The notes beneath the pieces are model-generated. The model was not told the origin of the DNA. It was given only the letters and a program-made list of their open reading frames with translations, and did not search any database. 64,000 nt of DNA from a virus. Location: positions 59,253 through 123,252 of IMG/VR virus record IMGVR_UViG_3300027798_000017; one strand, written 5' to 3'. Shown here in pieces: positions 26,210-36,726 of this stretch (the first letter of the stretch is position 1; every line of letters begins with the position of its first letter). The position numbers and the translations under genes were made by a program.

Positions 26210-26833
26210 ATGAGTAGTTTTAAAGCTGCAACAGAAACAAAAAAAGAAAAAGGTATTAAAGAGCTTACTGTGGATTATGCTCCTTTTTGGGAAAACCTTT
26301 TTACCAACATGGGTATCTCCAATCCAAAGTTTGGTGCTAAACTCTGTTACATGGGTAAAGAGTTTGGAGAAACAAGATTAGAATGTGTGCGTTTTTGGAG
26401 TAGTGAACTCTCTTCTGGTCAAGATTTCTATGTAGAAATGTTTGACTGGGATAAAGAACACTATGATCGCGTAAACAGAAAGTTGTACAGATTGGTTAAT
26501 AATCCAAACTGGAAACTTAATCCTTCAAAGTATGTAGAAGTAGAAACGTCTAGTGATGGTAAAACTAACACAACATATGCTGTAAGATCGTCTGATTTAG
26601 AATTAGTTAATTCTACATCAGTAACTGCAAGATATGCTGAAGTTATAACTGCACCAAGTTTTGGTTATGAAGAAGAAGAAATGCCAGGTGGTATGTATTC
26701 TGAGAAAGAAGATACCCATTACAGTGCAATGACCATGCGTGACTACTATTGTATCAAACACAATGTGCCATTGTCAAATAAGACATGGTTAAATGACTTA
26801 ATTAAACAATCAAAATCATATGTCAACAAGTAA
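26210..26833 (+). CDS. Conserved crAss-like hypothetical protein
   Basis: C-terminal MTMRDYYCI...VPLSNK.WLNDLI. Confidence 0.75.
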   Translation: MSSFKAATETKKEKGIKELTVDYAPFWENLFTNMGISNPKFGAKLCYMGKEFGETRLECVRFWSSELSSGQDFYVEMFDWDKEHYDRVNRKLYRLVNNPNWKLNPSKYVEVETSSDGKTNTTYAVRSSDLELVNSTSVTARYAEVITAPSFGYEEEEMPGGMYSEKEDTHYSAMTMRDYYCIKHNVPLSNKTWLNDLIKQSKSYVNK

Positions 26834-27596
26834 AGAACCAGAAGCAAAGCCAACAGGTTTTGTTCTTCCAATGCAGAAGTTAAAAGCTGAAGTGAAAAGT
26901 CCAAAGAATCTTGTAATATTTAGTAAGCCTAAGGTTGGTAAAACAACTTTGTTATCACAACTTGATAATTGTCTTATTATTGATTTAGAAGATGGTACTG
27001 ATTATGTTGAAGCAATAAAACTTAAAGCAAGATCTATTGCTGATATTGTTACTATTGGTAACATGATCATGGAAGCAAAGAAGCCTTATAAGTACATTGC
27101 ACTAGATACTATTACTGCTCTTGAATCATTATGCGTACCTTATGCTGAAGAACTATATTCTAAAACTCTTATGGGTAAAGAATGGTTCACCAAGCATAAA
27201 GCACAGTATGGTAATATTTTAAATATGCCAAATGGTGCTGGATACCCATGGTTACGTCAAGCTTTTGAGAAAGTTCTTAACTATGTCAAAACCTTAGCAC
27301 CTCATGTTATTTTTGTTGGTCACATCAAAGATACTCTACTAGAGAAAAATGGTGCAGAGTTTAACTCACTTGATCTTGATTTGACAGGTAAGTTAAAGCG
27401 TATTACTACATCTAATTCAGATGCTATTGGATACATTTACAGAAAAGGTAAAAAGAACATTCTTAGTTTTATGACAACTGACGAAATAGCTTGTGGCGCA
27501 CGCCCTGAGCACTTGAGAAATCAAGAAATTGTTATCTCTGAACCAGGAGAAGATGGCAATATTGTAACAAACTGGGATAAAATTTATATTGATTAA
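26820..27596 (+). CDS. AAA_24/Sak4-like P-loop ATPase
   Basis: SKPKVGKTT, IIDLEDG, IALDT, SDAIGY. Confidence 0.85.
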   Translation: MSTSKEPEAKPTGFVLPMQKLKAEVKSPKNLVIFSKPKVGKTTLLSQLDNCLIIDLEDGTDYVEAIKLKARSIADIVTIGNMIMEAKKPYKYIALDTITALESLCVPYAEELYSKTLMGKEWFTKHKAQYGNILNMPNGAGYPWLRQAFEKVLNYVKTLAPHVIFVGHIKDTLLEKNGAEFNSLDLDLTGKLKRITTSNSDAIGYIYRKGKKNILSFMTTDEIACGARPEHLRNQEIVISEPGEDGNIVTNWDKIYID

Positions 27597-27615
27597 TATT
27601 AAAAAACAAAAAATT

Positions 27616-28398
27616 ATGTTTAAGTCTAGTGATTTTAAAGAAAAAGCAGGTGGTAATGGTATTTCAAAAATAATCCAACCAGGTACACACTATTGCAGAA
27701 TTGTAGATATATATTTGGATGCTCCATCTTATGATAAAGAAGCATACTTTGTCGCAATCAAACTTGAAGGTGTTGACAGAGGTGATGATTTTGCTGGTTT
27801 AGATCTTGATAAAAATAATCCAAGCCTTGGAAAATACAGAGGTCAAGTTGGTACTATCAAATCTGGACAATATGCATTTAGCACATACACATATGAAGGT
27901 AAGCAAATTCAAAGAGATCAACAGATCTATAATTGGATGAATCACCTTGCAAAGCAAATGGGTATTTTACAAGCAATGAATGAAAAAGGCGTTGAAGGTG
28001 AAACTATTGAAGAATATGTTACTGAGGTACGTAAGTATCTTATTGATCCAGAGTTATGGGGTTACTTTACAATTGCTGGTAAAGAATACTTTAATGAAGG
28101 ATACACTAATCCAAATTACAGATTGTTCTTACCTAAAGCAGAGCCACGTAAAAGCTTATATCCATTCTCTGCACTAGAAGATGATGACAGAAAAGCGTTG
28201 AACTTGATAGAGTACAACTCTGAAGTTCATATTATTCTATCTAAAGAAAGACCTGCTACTGAGGAGCCTGCTGAAGAAGTTCAATCTTTTGAGCCAACTA
28301 CTGGCATTGAACCTAAAACAGATTCTATTGCAGATGATTTTCCAAGTCCTGGTGATACACCAATGAGTGACATTGAGTTACCATTTAGCAGTAAGTAA
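27616..28398 (+). CDS. Probable single-stranded DNA-binding protein
   Basis: Follows the Sak4-like ATPase; I.PG.H..RI start; acidic tail ending DIELPFSSK. Confidence 0.6.
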   Translation: MFKSSDFKEKAGGNGISKIIQPGTHYCRIVDIYLDAPSYDKEAYFVAIKLEGVDRGDDFAGLDLDKNNPSLGKYRGQVGTIKSGQYAFSTYTYEGKQIQRDQQIYNWMNHLAKQMGILQAMNEKGVEGETIEEYVTEVRKYLIDPELWGYFTIAGKEYFNEGYTNPNYRLFLPKAEPRKSLYPFSALEDDDRKALNLIEYNSEVHIILSKERPATEEPAEEVQSFEPTTGIEPKTDSIADDFPSPGDTPMSDIELPFSSK

Positions 28399-28413
28399 TA
28401 ATTTCAAAAGTTA

Positions 28414-28450
28414 AGAGGGTGAGCGCAATGCTTACCCTTTTTCTTTTTTT
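28414..28450 (+). terminator. Intrinsic terminator
   Basis: AGGGTGAGC-GCAAT-GCTTACCCT followed by T runs. Confidence 0.8.
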
Positions 28451-28463
28451 ATAGATTTGTAAT

Positions 28464-29468
28464 ATGTTTTCAAGTAGAAAGTTTTTTAATTCAGCCAATG
28501 ATATACCAGATGCTTGGATTTTTAAATATTATCTTGGACTATCACAAGACTTTGATGGTAAAACCCTTAGAGTCAAAAGTATTTTCAATGTCAATGACAA
28601 AACACCTTCGTTGTTTTTATTTTTTAGCAAAGAGCAAAACAAAATTGTTTACAAATGCCATTCAACTGGCAAATCTGGAGATGCAATAAAGTTAGTACAA
28701 GAATTATTTGAACTTTCATATCTTAAAGCTTCTGAGAAAATTGTTAATGATTATTATGAATTTTGCAAAACTGGTAAATACATAGAAGTTGAAATGACGC
28801 TGTCTAATATTAAATGGTCTGTTGTAGAACATACAACAAGATCGTGGTGTAAACATGACGCAGAGTTTTGGTTAAAGTATAACATAGGTAGCAGTATGCT
28901 TCAAAAGTATAATGTGTTACCACTTCAATCTTATACAATAGGACAAGTAAATTCTGAATCTGGAGAAGTGTCAGGTAAAATTGAGAATATTGGTACAAAC
29001 ATTTATGGTTATTTTTCCAAAGATGGTCTTTACAAGGTGTATAATCCTAAAAGTAAAAGGTTTAAATTCTTTTTACAAAATGGTAATTACACTCAAGGTA
29101 CTGATCAATTAGAAAATCATACTACACTGGTAATAGCATCATCACTTAAAGATGTAATGGCTATTAAAAGTCTTGGTTTAACTATAGATTGTGTTGCACC
29201 AAACAGTGAAAGTACAAAATTGAGTTTGTTACAAATTGAAAAGTATAAATCACTGTATAAACATGTAATAGTTTGCATGGACAGTGATCAAGCAGGTGTA
29301 AGCTCAATGAAATATTATGATGAAACGTATGGTTTACCTTTCATTTATTTGCCAAGAGAAAAAGACATAAGTGATATTATAAAATATCATGGTAAAGATG
29401 TTGCATTACATGATTTTTATCCTAAACTTCAAAATGCAATGGAAAAATATGTCGCTAAAAATCCTTAA
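28464..29468 (+). CDS. DNA primase (TOPRIM)
   Basis: Degenerate Zn-binding N-terminus (DKTPS...KCHSTG.SGDA), SLKDVM, APNSE, DSDQAG, KDISD. Confidence 0.88.
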   Translation: MFSSRKFFNSANDIPDAWIFKYYLGLSQDFDGKTLRVKSIFNVNDKTPSLFLFFSKEQNKIVYKCHSTGKSGDAIKLVQELFELSYLKASEKIVNDYYEFCKTGKYIEVEMTLSNIKWSVVEHTTRSWCKHDAEFWLKYNIGSSMLQKYNVLPLQSYTIGQVNSESGEVSGKIENIGTNIYGYFSKDGLYKVYNPKSKRFKFFLQNGNYTQGTDQLENHTTLVIASSLKDVMAIKSLGLTIDCVAPNSESTKLSLLQIEKYKSLYKHVIVCMDSDQAGVSSMKYYDETYGLPFIYLPREKDISDIIKYHGKDVALHDFYPKLQNAMEKYVAKNP

Positions 29469-29491
29469 ATTTGTGTACTAACATTAAATTT

Positions 29492-29953
29492 ATGAGCAAT
29501 TGGATTTATAACCCTAACAATGGATTAGGTAAGGAAGTTCTTTCTATTGAAGACTTTCCCAATTTTGAAGAAGCTGTTGGATTTGTCTATATGATAACCA
29601 ACACAATTACTGGAAGATTTTACATAGGTAAGAAAAGTCTATACAGTGAAAGAAAGACAAAGATCTCTATCAGAGAGAAAACGCAGACAAAGACAAGAAA
29701 AACTTTCAAGCGTGTAGTAAAAGAATCAACATGGAAATCTTATTATGGTTCTTGTGAAGAGTTAAAGTTTGAACTTGAACTTGTAGGACCATCTTATTTT
29801 AAACGTGAGATTCTAGAAGTGTGTTATTCCAAAAAATACCTTGGATACTGTGAGATTTCACATCAAATGAAAAATGATGTGTTAACAGCAAACAGTTATA
29901 ATGGCAACATTATGGGTAAATACTTTCCATCAGATATGGAAAATTCTAATTAA
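29492..29953 (+). CDS. GIY-YIG family endonuclease
   Basis: GFVYMITN..TGRFYIGKK, W..YYGS, FKREIL, YN.NI. Confidence 0.8.
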   Translation: MSNWIYNPNNGLGKEVLSIEDFPNFEEAVGFVYMITNTITGRFYIGKKSLYSERKTKISIREKTQTKTRKTFKRVVKESTWKSYYGSCEELKFELELVGPSYFKREILEVCYSKKYLGYCEISHQMKNDVLTANSYNGNIMGKYFPSDMENSN

Positions 29954-29959
29954 AAATTT

Positions 29960-31003
29960 ATGGGAAAATTTGTAGCACAAGTACCTCTTTCTGAACGTAT
30001 TCAGAAGGAGCAAGAATTTTTTGACAAAGACTTTTTGATGTCTTATTCTGGTTTAAATAAATTATTATTTAGTCCAGCAGCATTTTATAAACATTATGTT
30101 TTAGGACAAAAAGAAGACGTTATAGACAAAAACATGATTGAAGGTTCACTTATTCATTGTTTATTATTAAAACCTGAAGACTTTGACAATCAATTTGTTA
30201 TATGTGTTGAGGACCTACCAAGTGACAATCCACGCAGTGTGTTACACACAGTCTTTAATCATTATAAAGAATTAACAAAAGATGGTGATACGCGTGAAAA
30301 CCTTGAAGAATTTTCAGGTGCAATACTTGATGTTTTAAAAGATATAAATCTGTATCAATCTCTTAAAACAGATGCACAGAGAGTAGAGAAAATGATTAAC
30401 ACAAAGCATAATGCTTATTGGGACTATTTGAAAAAAGCAGAAGGACGTGTTGTCATTGATCAAGAAGTTTATAACTTCTGTAAATCTGTAGTAGAGAAAA
30501 TTACATCAACTGTTTCAGTTATGGATGTGATGGGCTTTTTTGCAGATTCTTTCTCACCTGTTGAAAAACACAATGAGATTCAGTTGGTGAAATTTGCAGA
30601 CAATCCATATTTTGGCCTGCGTGGCATTATTGACAATCTTGTAGTAGATCATGCTGCTAAAGAAATTCGTGTAAATGACCTGAAGAAAACAGGTAAATCT
30701 ATTTCACAATTTACTGATAGTATAGAGTATTTTAAATACTGGATACAAGCATCTATTTACAAGAAATTAGTAGAGCATGTGTATACATCTCAGCCAAAGT
30801 ATTTAGGGTATAAGATTACTTTTAGATTCTTGGTAGTAGATCCATTTATGCAAATTGCTCCTATCAGAATTTCTGATGAAACTCTTGCCAAATGGGAAGA
30901 GGAAACTGACAAAATGCTTGATGAGGCAAAGTATCACTTTGAAACAAAGAACTTTGAGTTACCTTACAAGTTTATTGTTAACAATAATGAATTAGTATTA
31001 TGA
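29960..31003 (+). CDS. PD-(D/E)xK exonuclease (RecE/DUF3799-like)
   Basis: SYSGL, GSLIHC.LL.P, RGIIDNL, NDLKKT, Y.IQASIY. Confidence 0.85.
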   Translation: MGKFVAQVPLSERIQKEQEFFDKDFLMSYSGLNKLLFSPAAFYKHYVLGQKEDVIDKNMIEGSLIHCLLLKPEDFDNQFVICVEDLPSDNPRSVLHTVFNHYKELTKDGDTRENLEEFSGAILDVLKDINLYQSLKTDAQRVEKMINTKHNAYWDYLKKAEGRVVIDQEVYNFCKSVVEKITSTVSVMDVMGFFADSFSPVEKHNEIQLVKFADNPYFGLRGIIDNLVVDHAAKEIRVNDLKKTGKSISQFTDSIEYFKYWIQASIYKKLVEHVYTSQPKYLGYKITFRFLVVDPFMQIAPIRISDETLAKWEEETDKMLDEAKYHFETKNFELPYKFIVNNNELVL

Positions 31004-31527
31004 TAAAACAAATGTATAAGCAGTATTTTCAAAAGTCTTATACTTTTTTGTATCCTCTGCTTGGTTTCAAGCGTACAAGAGATCCAAGGCCAGTGCAGGT
31101 TTATGTGCATTGGCCAGAGGAGTTTCCAGATGATGAGCGCAAACTTGTTTGCATTTATCAAAAGGAAGATACTGATCAGTGGTTAACGTTTGAAAAAAAC
31201 AAATTAATGACACACACCCTGTTAGATTATGTAGTACCACTTTGCGATGGTAGAGTTGCTTACATATTTGACATGAACCCAAGCGCGTATGACTATGATT
31301 TATTTATCCAAGGTAAATATTCTAAGTTTTCGCAAAACGCCAAAAGGCATTTATCTGACTATTATGGTATACATACTCCTGAATGGGCTTATGTAGAATC
31401 ATTTATATTTCCTAAAAAGTATTTCAAAGACTATGCAGAAATGCTGCTAATTGATGTAGCAACGCTACAAGAAGTTGGTGAACTTTGTGACAAATACAAT
31501 AAAGAAAAAGAAACGTACAAATTGTAA
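31000..31527 (+). CDS. Conserved crAss-like hypothetical protein
   Basis: YFQKS..FLYPLLG, F..GKYSKFS, L.EVGELCD. Confidence 0.75.
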   Translation: MIKQMYKQYFQKSYTFLYPLLGFKRTRDPRPVQVYVHWPEEFPDDERKLVCIYQKEDTDQWLTFEKNKLMTHTLLDYVVPLCDGRVAYIFDMNPSAYDYDLFIQGKYSKFSQNAKRHLSDYYGIHTPEWAYVESFIFPKKYFKDYAEMLLIDVATLQEVGELCDKYNKEKETYKL

Positions 31528-31545
31528 TTTTAAAAATCAAGTAAT

Positions 31546-31995
31546 ATGAACTCTAGTGTTAAAAATATGGTAGTGTATTCTACTAAATGGAATGATAAAC
31601 CAACATTTCGTATGATGCCTGTTGACAAAGATTGTCCTTATAATGAGGCAATATTTGATCCTGAGCAAAAGGTTCTTGCTATTATCTCAAAAGATATTAA
31701 AGAGAAACCAATGATGATGCCTCGCCTTACAGAAAAAGGTGACATTGTTCCTACAAAACGTGCTGATGGAAATCAAGGATGGCAAGAACAACGCGTGATT
31801 ATTCCTGCGTACTATGAATATTATTTAGAAGACATCAATGACATTGTTGCATTTGTAAAAAGATTTGCAATTAATGATGATTCAAAAGTGTTTAGTGATG
31901 TTCTTCACTCAGCATTTGAATTAGGTGACATGTTTACTGAAGAAGGTAAAAAAGAAATTGTTGAGAAAATCAAAAAATCCAAAGAACAAAAATAA
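31546..31995 (+). CDS. Conserved crAss-like hypothetical protein
   Basis: TFRMMPV..DCPY.EAIFDP..KVLAIISK. Confidence 0.75.
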   Translation: MNSSVKNMVVYSTKWNDKPTFRMMPVDKDCPYNEAIFDPEQKVLAIISKDIKEKPMMMPRLTEKGDIVPTKRADGNQGWQEQRVIIPAYYEYYLEDINDIVAFVKRFAINDDSKVFSDVLHSAFELGDMFTEEGKKEIVEKIKKSKEQK

Positions 31996-33980
31996 TGAGA
32001 GAAAGAGAATTCTGGGTAATGGATTATGAAACCATTGTGAATTGTTTTGTTGCAGTGTTTGAACCATATAATAAAGATGAACGAAAAGTTTTTATTATTG
32101 ACAAACACCAAAATGATGCTGCAAAGTTTATTAAGTTTCTCATTGAATCACGAAAATCTAAGGATTGGCATTTTGGATATAATAATCTTGCGTTTGATGC
32201 TCAGATTACTGAGTTTATACTAGAAAACAAAGATGAGTTTTTACATCCAAGTGCAGATGGTGAATCTCTTGCAGATAGAATATATGAATATGCTCAGTAT
32301 GTAATTGGTAAATCTGATAGAAATGAGTTTGTTGATTATCCAGAATTCAAACTTTCAATTAAATGTGTTGATATATATAAACTTAATCATTGGGATAGTA
32401 ACGCCAAGCGTACATCTTTAAAATGGACACAGTTTAGTATGGACTGGCACAATGTTGAAGAAATGCCACACCCTCATTATGAGAGAGTTATGAATAGAGA
32501 AACATTAGATATGGTAGTTGACTACTGTATTAATGATGTTAAATCTACCAAGGCAATATTCAATATGAAAGATTCTAAGGGTACAAGAGTTATGGTATCA
32601 CAGATTAATCTGCGTGCTAAACTTAGTGAAACTTATAATGTCAATTTATATTCTGCTAGTGAGCCAAGGATTTCCAAGGAAATATTTCTTCATTTTCTTT
32701 CTGAGAAGCTAGGTCTTGATAAAAAACAAATTAGAGACATGAGGACATATCGTAAAAACGTTGTTATACGCGATATCATTTTGCCATGTGTAAAGTTTGA
32801 AACTCATGACTTTATTGGTGTACATAACTGGTTTAAAAATCTAGTTGTAGATACAACAATTCTTGATGGTGGTGATGAAGAACTCAAGAAAAAAGGACCA
32901 AGTTATAACATGCTGCACAAGGGTGTCAATACTGTATATGCACTAGGTGGCATTCATGGTTGTATTAAACCTGGCATTTATAAACCAGAACTTGGCAGAA
33001 AGATTGTCAGTGTAGATGTTACAAGTTTTTATCCTAATCTTGCTATCAAGAATGGATGGTCTCCTGCACAAATACCAAAAGATGATTTCTGTGAGTTGTA
33101 TGAATGGTTTTTTGAAGAAAGAAAGAAGTATCCAAAGTCAGATCCTTTAAATTATCTTTTCAAGATTATATTAAATTCTACTTATGGTTTAAGTAAGAGC
33201 AAGTATTCATTTTTATATGATCCAGAGTTAACTTTTAGGATTACTGTAAATGGTCAGCTGCTTTTATCTATGCTGTATGAAATGGTTACTACAAGAATTC
33301 CTAACTCACAACCTCTGATGCAAAATACAGATGGTTTAGAGTTTGTGATAGATGAAAAAGATGAAGCCTATTTCTTTGAGATTTGCAAAGAGTGGGAAGA
33401 TATGACTCAACTACAACTTGAATCTGTTGATTATCAAAAAATGATTATTGGTGACGTCAACAATTACATTGCAATTTATGATGATGGTAAGACAAAATGT
33501 AAAGGTAGATTTGAATTTCAAGAACTTCCTTTACACAAGAACAAGTCTAACTTAATAATACCAAAAGCTTGGTATGAGTATTTTGTGAATGGTGTTGATC
33601 CCAAAGATTATGTTCAAAGCAACAAGAACATATTTGACTATTGTACTGGTTCCAAAATAAAAGGCAACTGGTTTTTTATTGAAAAAGGCATTGAAGCTGG
33701 CGAATATTATGAACGCAAACTTCAAAAGCTTGTCAGATACTTTGTATCTACTAAAGGTACAAAGATTGTCAAGTGTCATCCAGATGGAAGACAAATACAA
33801 TTAGAAAGTGGCCCAATACATCAAACTATTTTCAACAAAGCAGAAATGCGTGCTTGGGAAGATTACAACATAGATGATAAATATTATCTAAACAAAATTT
33901 ATGATGAAATCAAAAAGATTGAGAGTGAGTCAGAAGTTATTCCTACAAATTTATATCAACAGTTAAAATTAGAATTATGA
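31995..33980 (+). CDS. Family B DNA polymerase with 3'-5' exonuclease
   Basis: Exo motifs DYET, GYNNLAFD, YCINDV; polymerase motifs DVTSFYPN, KIILNSTYG, NTDG. Confidence 0.95.
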   Translation: MREREFWVMDYETIVNCFVAVFEPYNKDERKVFIIDKHQNDAAKFIKFLIESRKSKDWHFGYNNLAFDAQITEFILENKDEFLHPSADGESLADRIYEYAQYVIGKSDRNEFVDYPEFKLSIKCVDIYKLNHWDSNAKRTSLKWTQFSMDWHNVEEMPHPHYERVMNRETLDMVVDYCINDVKSTKAIFNMKDSKGTRVMVSQINLRAKLSETYNVNLYSASEPRISKEIFLHFLSEKLGLDKKQIRDMRTYRKNVVIRDIILPCVKFETHDFIGVHNWFKNLVVDTTILDGGDEELKKKGPSYNMLHKGVNTVYALGGIHGCIKPGIYKPELGRKIVSVDVTSFYPNLAIKNGWSPAQIPKDDFCELYEWFFEERKKYPKSDPLNYLFKIILNSTYGLSKSKYSFLYDPELTFRITVNGQLLLSMLYEMVTTRIPNSQPLMQNTDGLEFVIDEKDEAYFFEICKEWEDMTQLQLESVDYQKMIIGDVNNYIAIYDDGKTKCKGRFEFQELPLHKNKSNLIIPKAWYEYFVNGVDPKDYVQSNKNIFDYCTGSKIKGNWFFIEKGIEAGEYYERKLQKLVRYFVSTKGTKIVKCHPDGRQIQLESGPIHQTIFNKAEMRAWEDYNIDDKYYLNKIYDEIKKIESESEVIPTNLYQQLKLEL

Positions 33981-34798
33981 AAAGAACAGTAAGTGGCATG
34001 GATGCCTATGCAAAAATCTTATCTACTGCATTGCCAGAGAAAACAGATACTTACACTCCTATATCACATGCAAGTGTGATTAATCGTGTGAGAAGTGAAA
34101 TAACCAGTGCTGGTTTTATTATCACTGGAGAAGACTACAGGTGTACTAATGATGGGCAAATTGCTCTAGGTACGTTGAGATTAAATTACAAAGCAGATTC
34201 AGACATAGAGCTGTCTGCTAATTTTACCAATTCCTACAACAAACAATTAGCATTTAGATTCAATTTAGGTGGTCTTGTAAAAGTTTGTATGAATGGTATG
34301 ATGCTGAACAACAGCAAATTTGGCAAATACAAACGCGTGCACAAAGGTGCAGCAGATCTTTTAGCAGAAGGTATTATTAGTGAATACATTAATAATGCTG
34401 GTGAATACTGGGACTCTTTGGTTCAACACAAAGACTCTATGAAAGAAATATTATTAAGCACCACTGCACAACATGATATTCTAGGTGAATTGTTCATGAG
34501 AAAAGATGTGATTAATACTATGCAACTCAATAACATAAAGAAAGAGTTTAGTAAACCTTCTTTTGACTACAAGGTTGATACTGATTCTGCATGGGCTTTC
34601 TATAATCATATTACATTGTCTTTGAAAGACTCACATCCATCAGATTGGTTGGATCACCAAGTTAAAGTACATGAAGTATTTTCAACAATGTTTAATCTTG
34701 ATGATTGTCCAATAGATGAATTATCAGATTCTGATTTTGAAGAAGTATTTCCTGATGAACATGAATTACAACACTTGACTATGACATCCGCTTCTTAA
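33977..34798 (+). CDS. DUF932/DUF945-like protein
   Basis: YTPISH, NSYNK, G..V.VCMNGM, RVHKG, SAW.FYN.IT. Confidence 0.75.
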   Translation: MKRTVSGMDAYAKILSTALPEKTDTYTPISHASVINRVRSEITSAGFIITGEDYRCTNDGQIALGTLRLNYKADSDIELSANFTNSYNKQLAFRFNLGGLVKVCMNGMMLNNSKFGKYKRVHKGAADLLAEGIISEYINNAGEYWDSLVQHKDSMKEILLSTTAQHDILGELFMRKDVINTMQLNNIKKEFSKPSFDYKVDTDSAWAFYNHITLSLKDSHPSDWLDHQVKVHEVFSTMFNLDDCPIDELSDSDFEEVFPDEHELQHLTMTSAS

Positions 34799-34825
34799 TA
34801 ACATTAAGCAAGTTCTGTAGAAAGC

Positions 34826-34855
34826 AAAAATCCCCTATTACTAGGGGACTTTTTA
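34826..34855. terminator. Bidirectional terminator between convergent blocks
   Basis: AAAAATCCCCTA-TTAC-TAGGGGACTTTTT. Confidence 0.8.
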
Positions 34856-34898
34856 CAGAAGAAGAAAAACCACTAAACATTAAGCATAGTAGCATCTT

Positions 34899-35045
34899 TT
34901 ATCGCCCTTGCCCTTTATAGCTCTTGCGATAGTGTTTTGAGTTCTTAGAATATGATGTCTTTGTTTTAGAATGGACACCTGGTCTAGAAACTTTTGATTT
35001 CTTCAATGAAGATGTGTTAGCTACTGAATTAACCTTCGCTGCCAT
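34899..35045 (-). CDS. 48-aa basic protein ending YKGQGR (not in ORF track)
   Basis: MAAKVNSVANTSSLKKSKVSRPGVHSKTKTSYSKNSKHYRKSYKGQGR; common small phage protein pattern. Confidence 0.75.
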   Translation of the reverse strand: MAAKVNSVANTSSLKKSKVSRPGVHSKTKTSYSKNSKHYRKSYKGQGR

Positions 35046-35214
35046 CTTTTGTAGGAGTTTTGTCTACTACTGACCAGATAAGACCAGCAAGTGTTACAAC
35101 AGAACCAATAATTTCAGTTAATGTAGACTCATCTACATAACCACGTACAACAAGAAAACCTCCTGCGAAAGTTAAAATGTGTCTTGCAATACCTAGGATT
35201 TGTAATTTATTCAT
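35029..35214 (-). CDS. Putative holin (2 TM)
   Basis: LGIARHILTFAGGFLV..G...IIGSVVTLAGLIWS; adjacent to the amidase. Confidence 0.75.
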   Translation of the reverse strand: MNKLQILGIARHILTFAGGFLVVRGYVDESTLTEIIGSVVTLAGLIWSVVDKTPTKDGSEG

Positions 35215-35217
35215 GAT

Positions 35218-35904
35218 TTATGATTTAAGGGATTTCAACATTGCTATCATCTTTGGTTGAGGAGAGATGTCAGACTTATCTTTTCTATAAGAATTGTGTG
35301 TATACACGCCTGGAACTCCTTTGAGTGCGTTTACAGAAACATTCCACATATCTGCTAGGTTGTAGTTAAGTGGAATACTGTAAATTTTACTCCAATAAAC
35401 AAGTAATTGTCTCACAGATTCAATCTGTGCATCTGTGTATGCGTGATAGTAAGTATATCCTTTATAAGGCTTCTCTAATGTGCATACTTGATCAACTGGA
35501 ACTACTCTATCAACATAGTTGTAGAACTTACCATCATTCTTTAAAGTTAATGGTCCCCAGTTACAGATTTCAATGCCAATAGCAAGTTTATCTAATCTTT
35601 GGTAAGGTACTCCTACTGATCTAAAAACATCTGGTTTAATTCCAAGATGGTATGCCCAGTATTTAGATGAGAATGCTTGACAAATTTCACCATCAGTTGT
35701 ATCTGATGATAAACCTTTACCAGAAATTACAATACATGTTGCAATTCTACCTCTGTCATCTGCATTCCACATTTTTATTGTACCAACACCTGAAGAGTTT
35801 CCTGCAGTGTGATGCAACACAATTTGTGTTTTTTTAGTTTCTTCTTTGACATACTGACTTTCTGACAAAGGAACCTGTTTGATTTTGGATAAATTTAATT
35901 CCAT
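35218..35904 (-). CDS. Endolysin, N-acetylmuramoyl-L-alanine amidase (Amidase_2 type)
   Basis: IVLHHTAG, WAYHLG, IGIEICN, YTDAQI, THNS..KDKSD..P. Confidence 0.9.
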   Translation of the reverse strand: MELNLSKIKQVPLSESQYVKEETKKTQIVLHHTAGNSSGVGTIKMWNADDRGRIATCIVISGKGLSSDTTDGEICQAFSSKYWAYHLGIKPDVFRSVGVPYQRLDKLAIGIEICNWGPLTLKNDGKFYNYVDRVVPVDQVCTLEKPYKGYTYYHAYTDAQIESVRQLLVYWSKIYSIPLNYNLADMWNVSVNALKGVPGVYTHNSYRKDKSDISPQPKMIAMLKSLKS

Positions 35905-35906
35905 AG

Positions 35907-36206
35907 TTATCTACTTAAAATTAATTGTTTAACAGCGTCTGATAATTCACTAACATTTTTTGCCAGATTTTTTATTTCAAGTTGCGTAAGTTCTTGTATA
36001 GCTTGATACTTTAATTGATTCTCTTGTTGAACCAGTTCAATTTTACCTTTGAGCTTACCAAGTTCTTCATTCATTTTTGTATAATTTGTCATTAAAAATT
36101 CAACATCTTTTCTAGTATCCATATATGCTGTTCTTAAAAAGAAACCAAATATTGTAAATACTGATCCTGCAATAAATAAAACAATTGTTAAAGTTGATGT
36201 GTCCAT
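35907..36206 (-). CDS. TM plus coiled-coil lysis-associated protein
   Basis: N-terminal TM helix then heptad-rich region; within the lysis cassette. Confidence 0.65.
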   Translation of the reverse strand: MDTSTLTIVLFIAGSVFTIFGFFLRTAYMDTRKDVEFLMTNYTKMNEELGKLKGKIELVQQENQLKYQAIQELTQLEIKNLAKNVSELSDAVKQLILSR

Positions 36207-36694
36207 TTTCCTAAGGTTATTTTGTAAATTATGTAAAAAAGAATTAATAAAAACGTGATACCACCAAGAACAGCAAGAAAATTGATATACCATGGTACAT
36301 ACTTTATTTCTTTAGCTGGTAAGGTTTTGATTACATCGCGTGTTTTTGTAATAGTTACTCCTGGAACATTCACATATTGAGTTTTGACTATTACAGTGCT
36401 TGTAAGTTTATTGTTTTTAAGAGTTTGCTTAAGGCGTACAAGTTCACCATCTTTTTCAGAAAGTCTTTTAATGTAAACATTACCTAATGAATCACAATAA
36501 AGACTATCTACAACAATAGTTGTATCACCAGGAACAGTGACAATTTTATCTTTGTATTCAGTAACAGTAATTGTACTGTCTTTTGAAGGACAAAGCTTGC
36601 AATATCTATCTAAACGTTTTTGCATACGCTTACTTGCATCACATGATGTCAAGATTATTGCCAATAATGTAAGCAGTACAAAAAGTTTTTTCAT
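36188..36694 (-). CDS. Putative unimolecular spanin
   Basis: Lipoprotein signal MKKLFVLLTLLAIILTS-C, beta-rich middle, C-terminal TM helix. Confidence 0.65.
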   Translation of the reverse strand: MKKLFVLLTLLAIILTSCDASKRMQKRLDRYCKLCPSKDSTITVTEYKDKIVTVPGDTTIVVDSLYCDSLGNVYIKRLSEKDGELVRLKQTLKNNKLTSTVIVKTQYVNVPGVTITKTRDVIKTLPAKEIKYVPWYINFLAVLGGITFLLILFYIIYKITLGKWTHQL

Positions 36695-36726
36695 AGTCTT
36701 TTTTTGTACTCTCACCTCCCTCAAGT

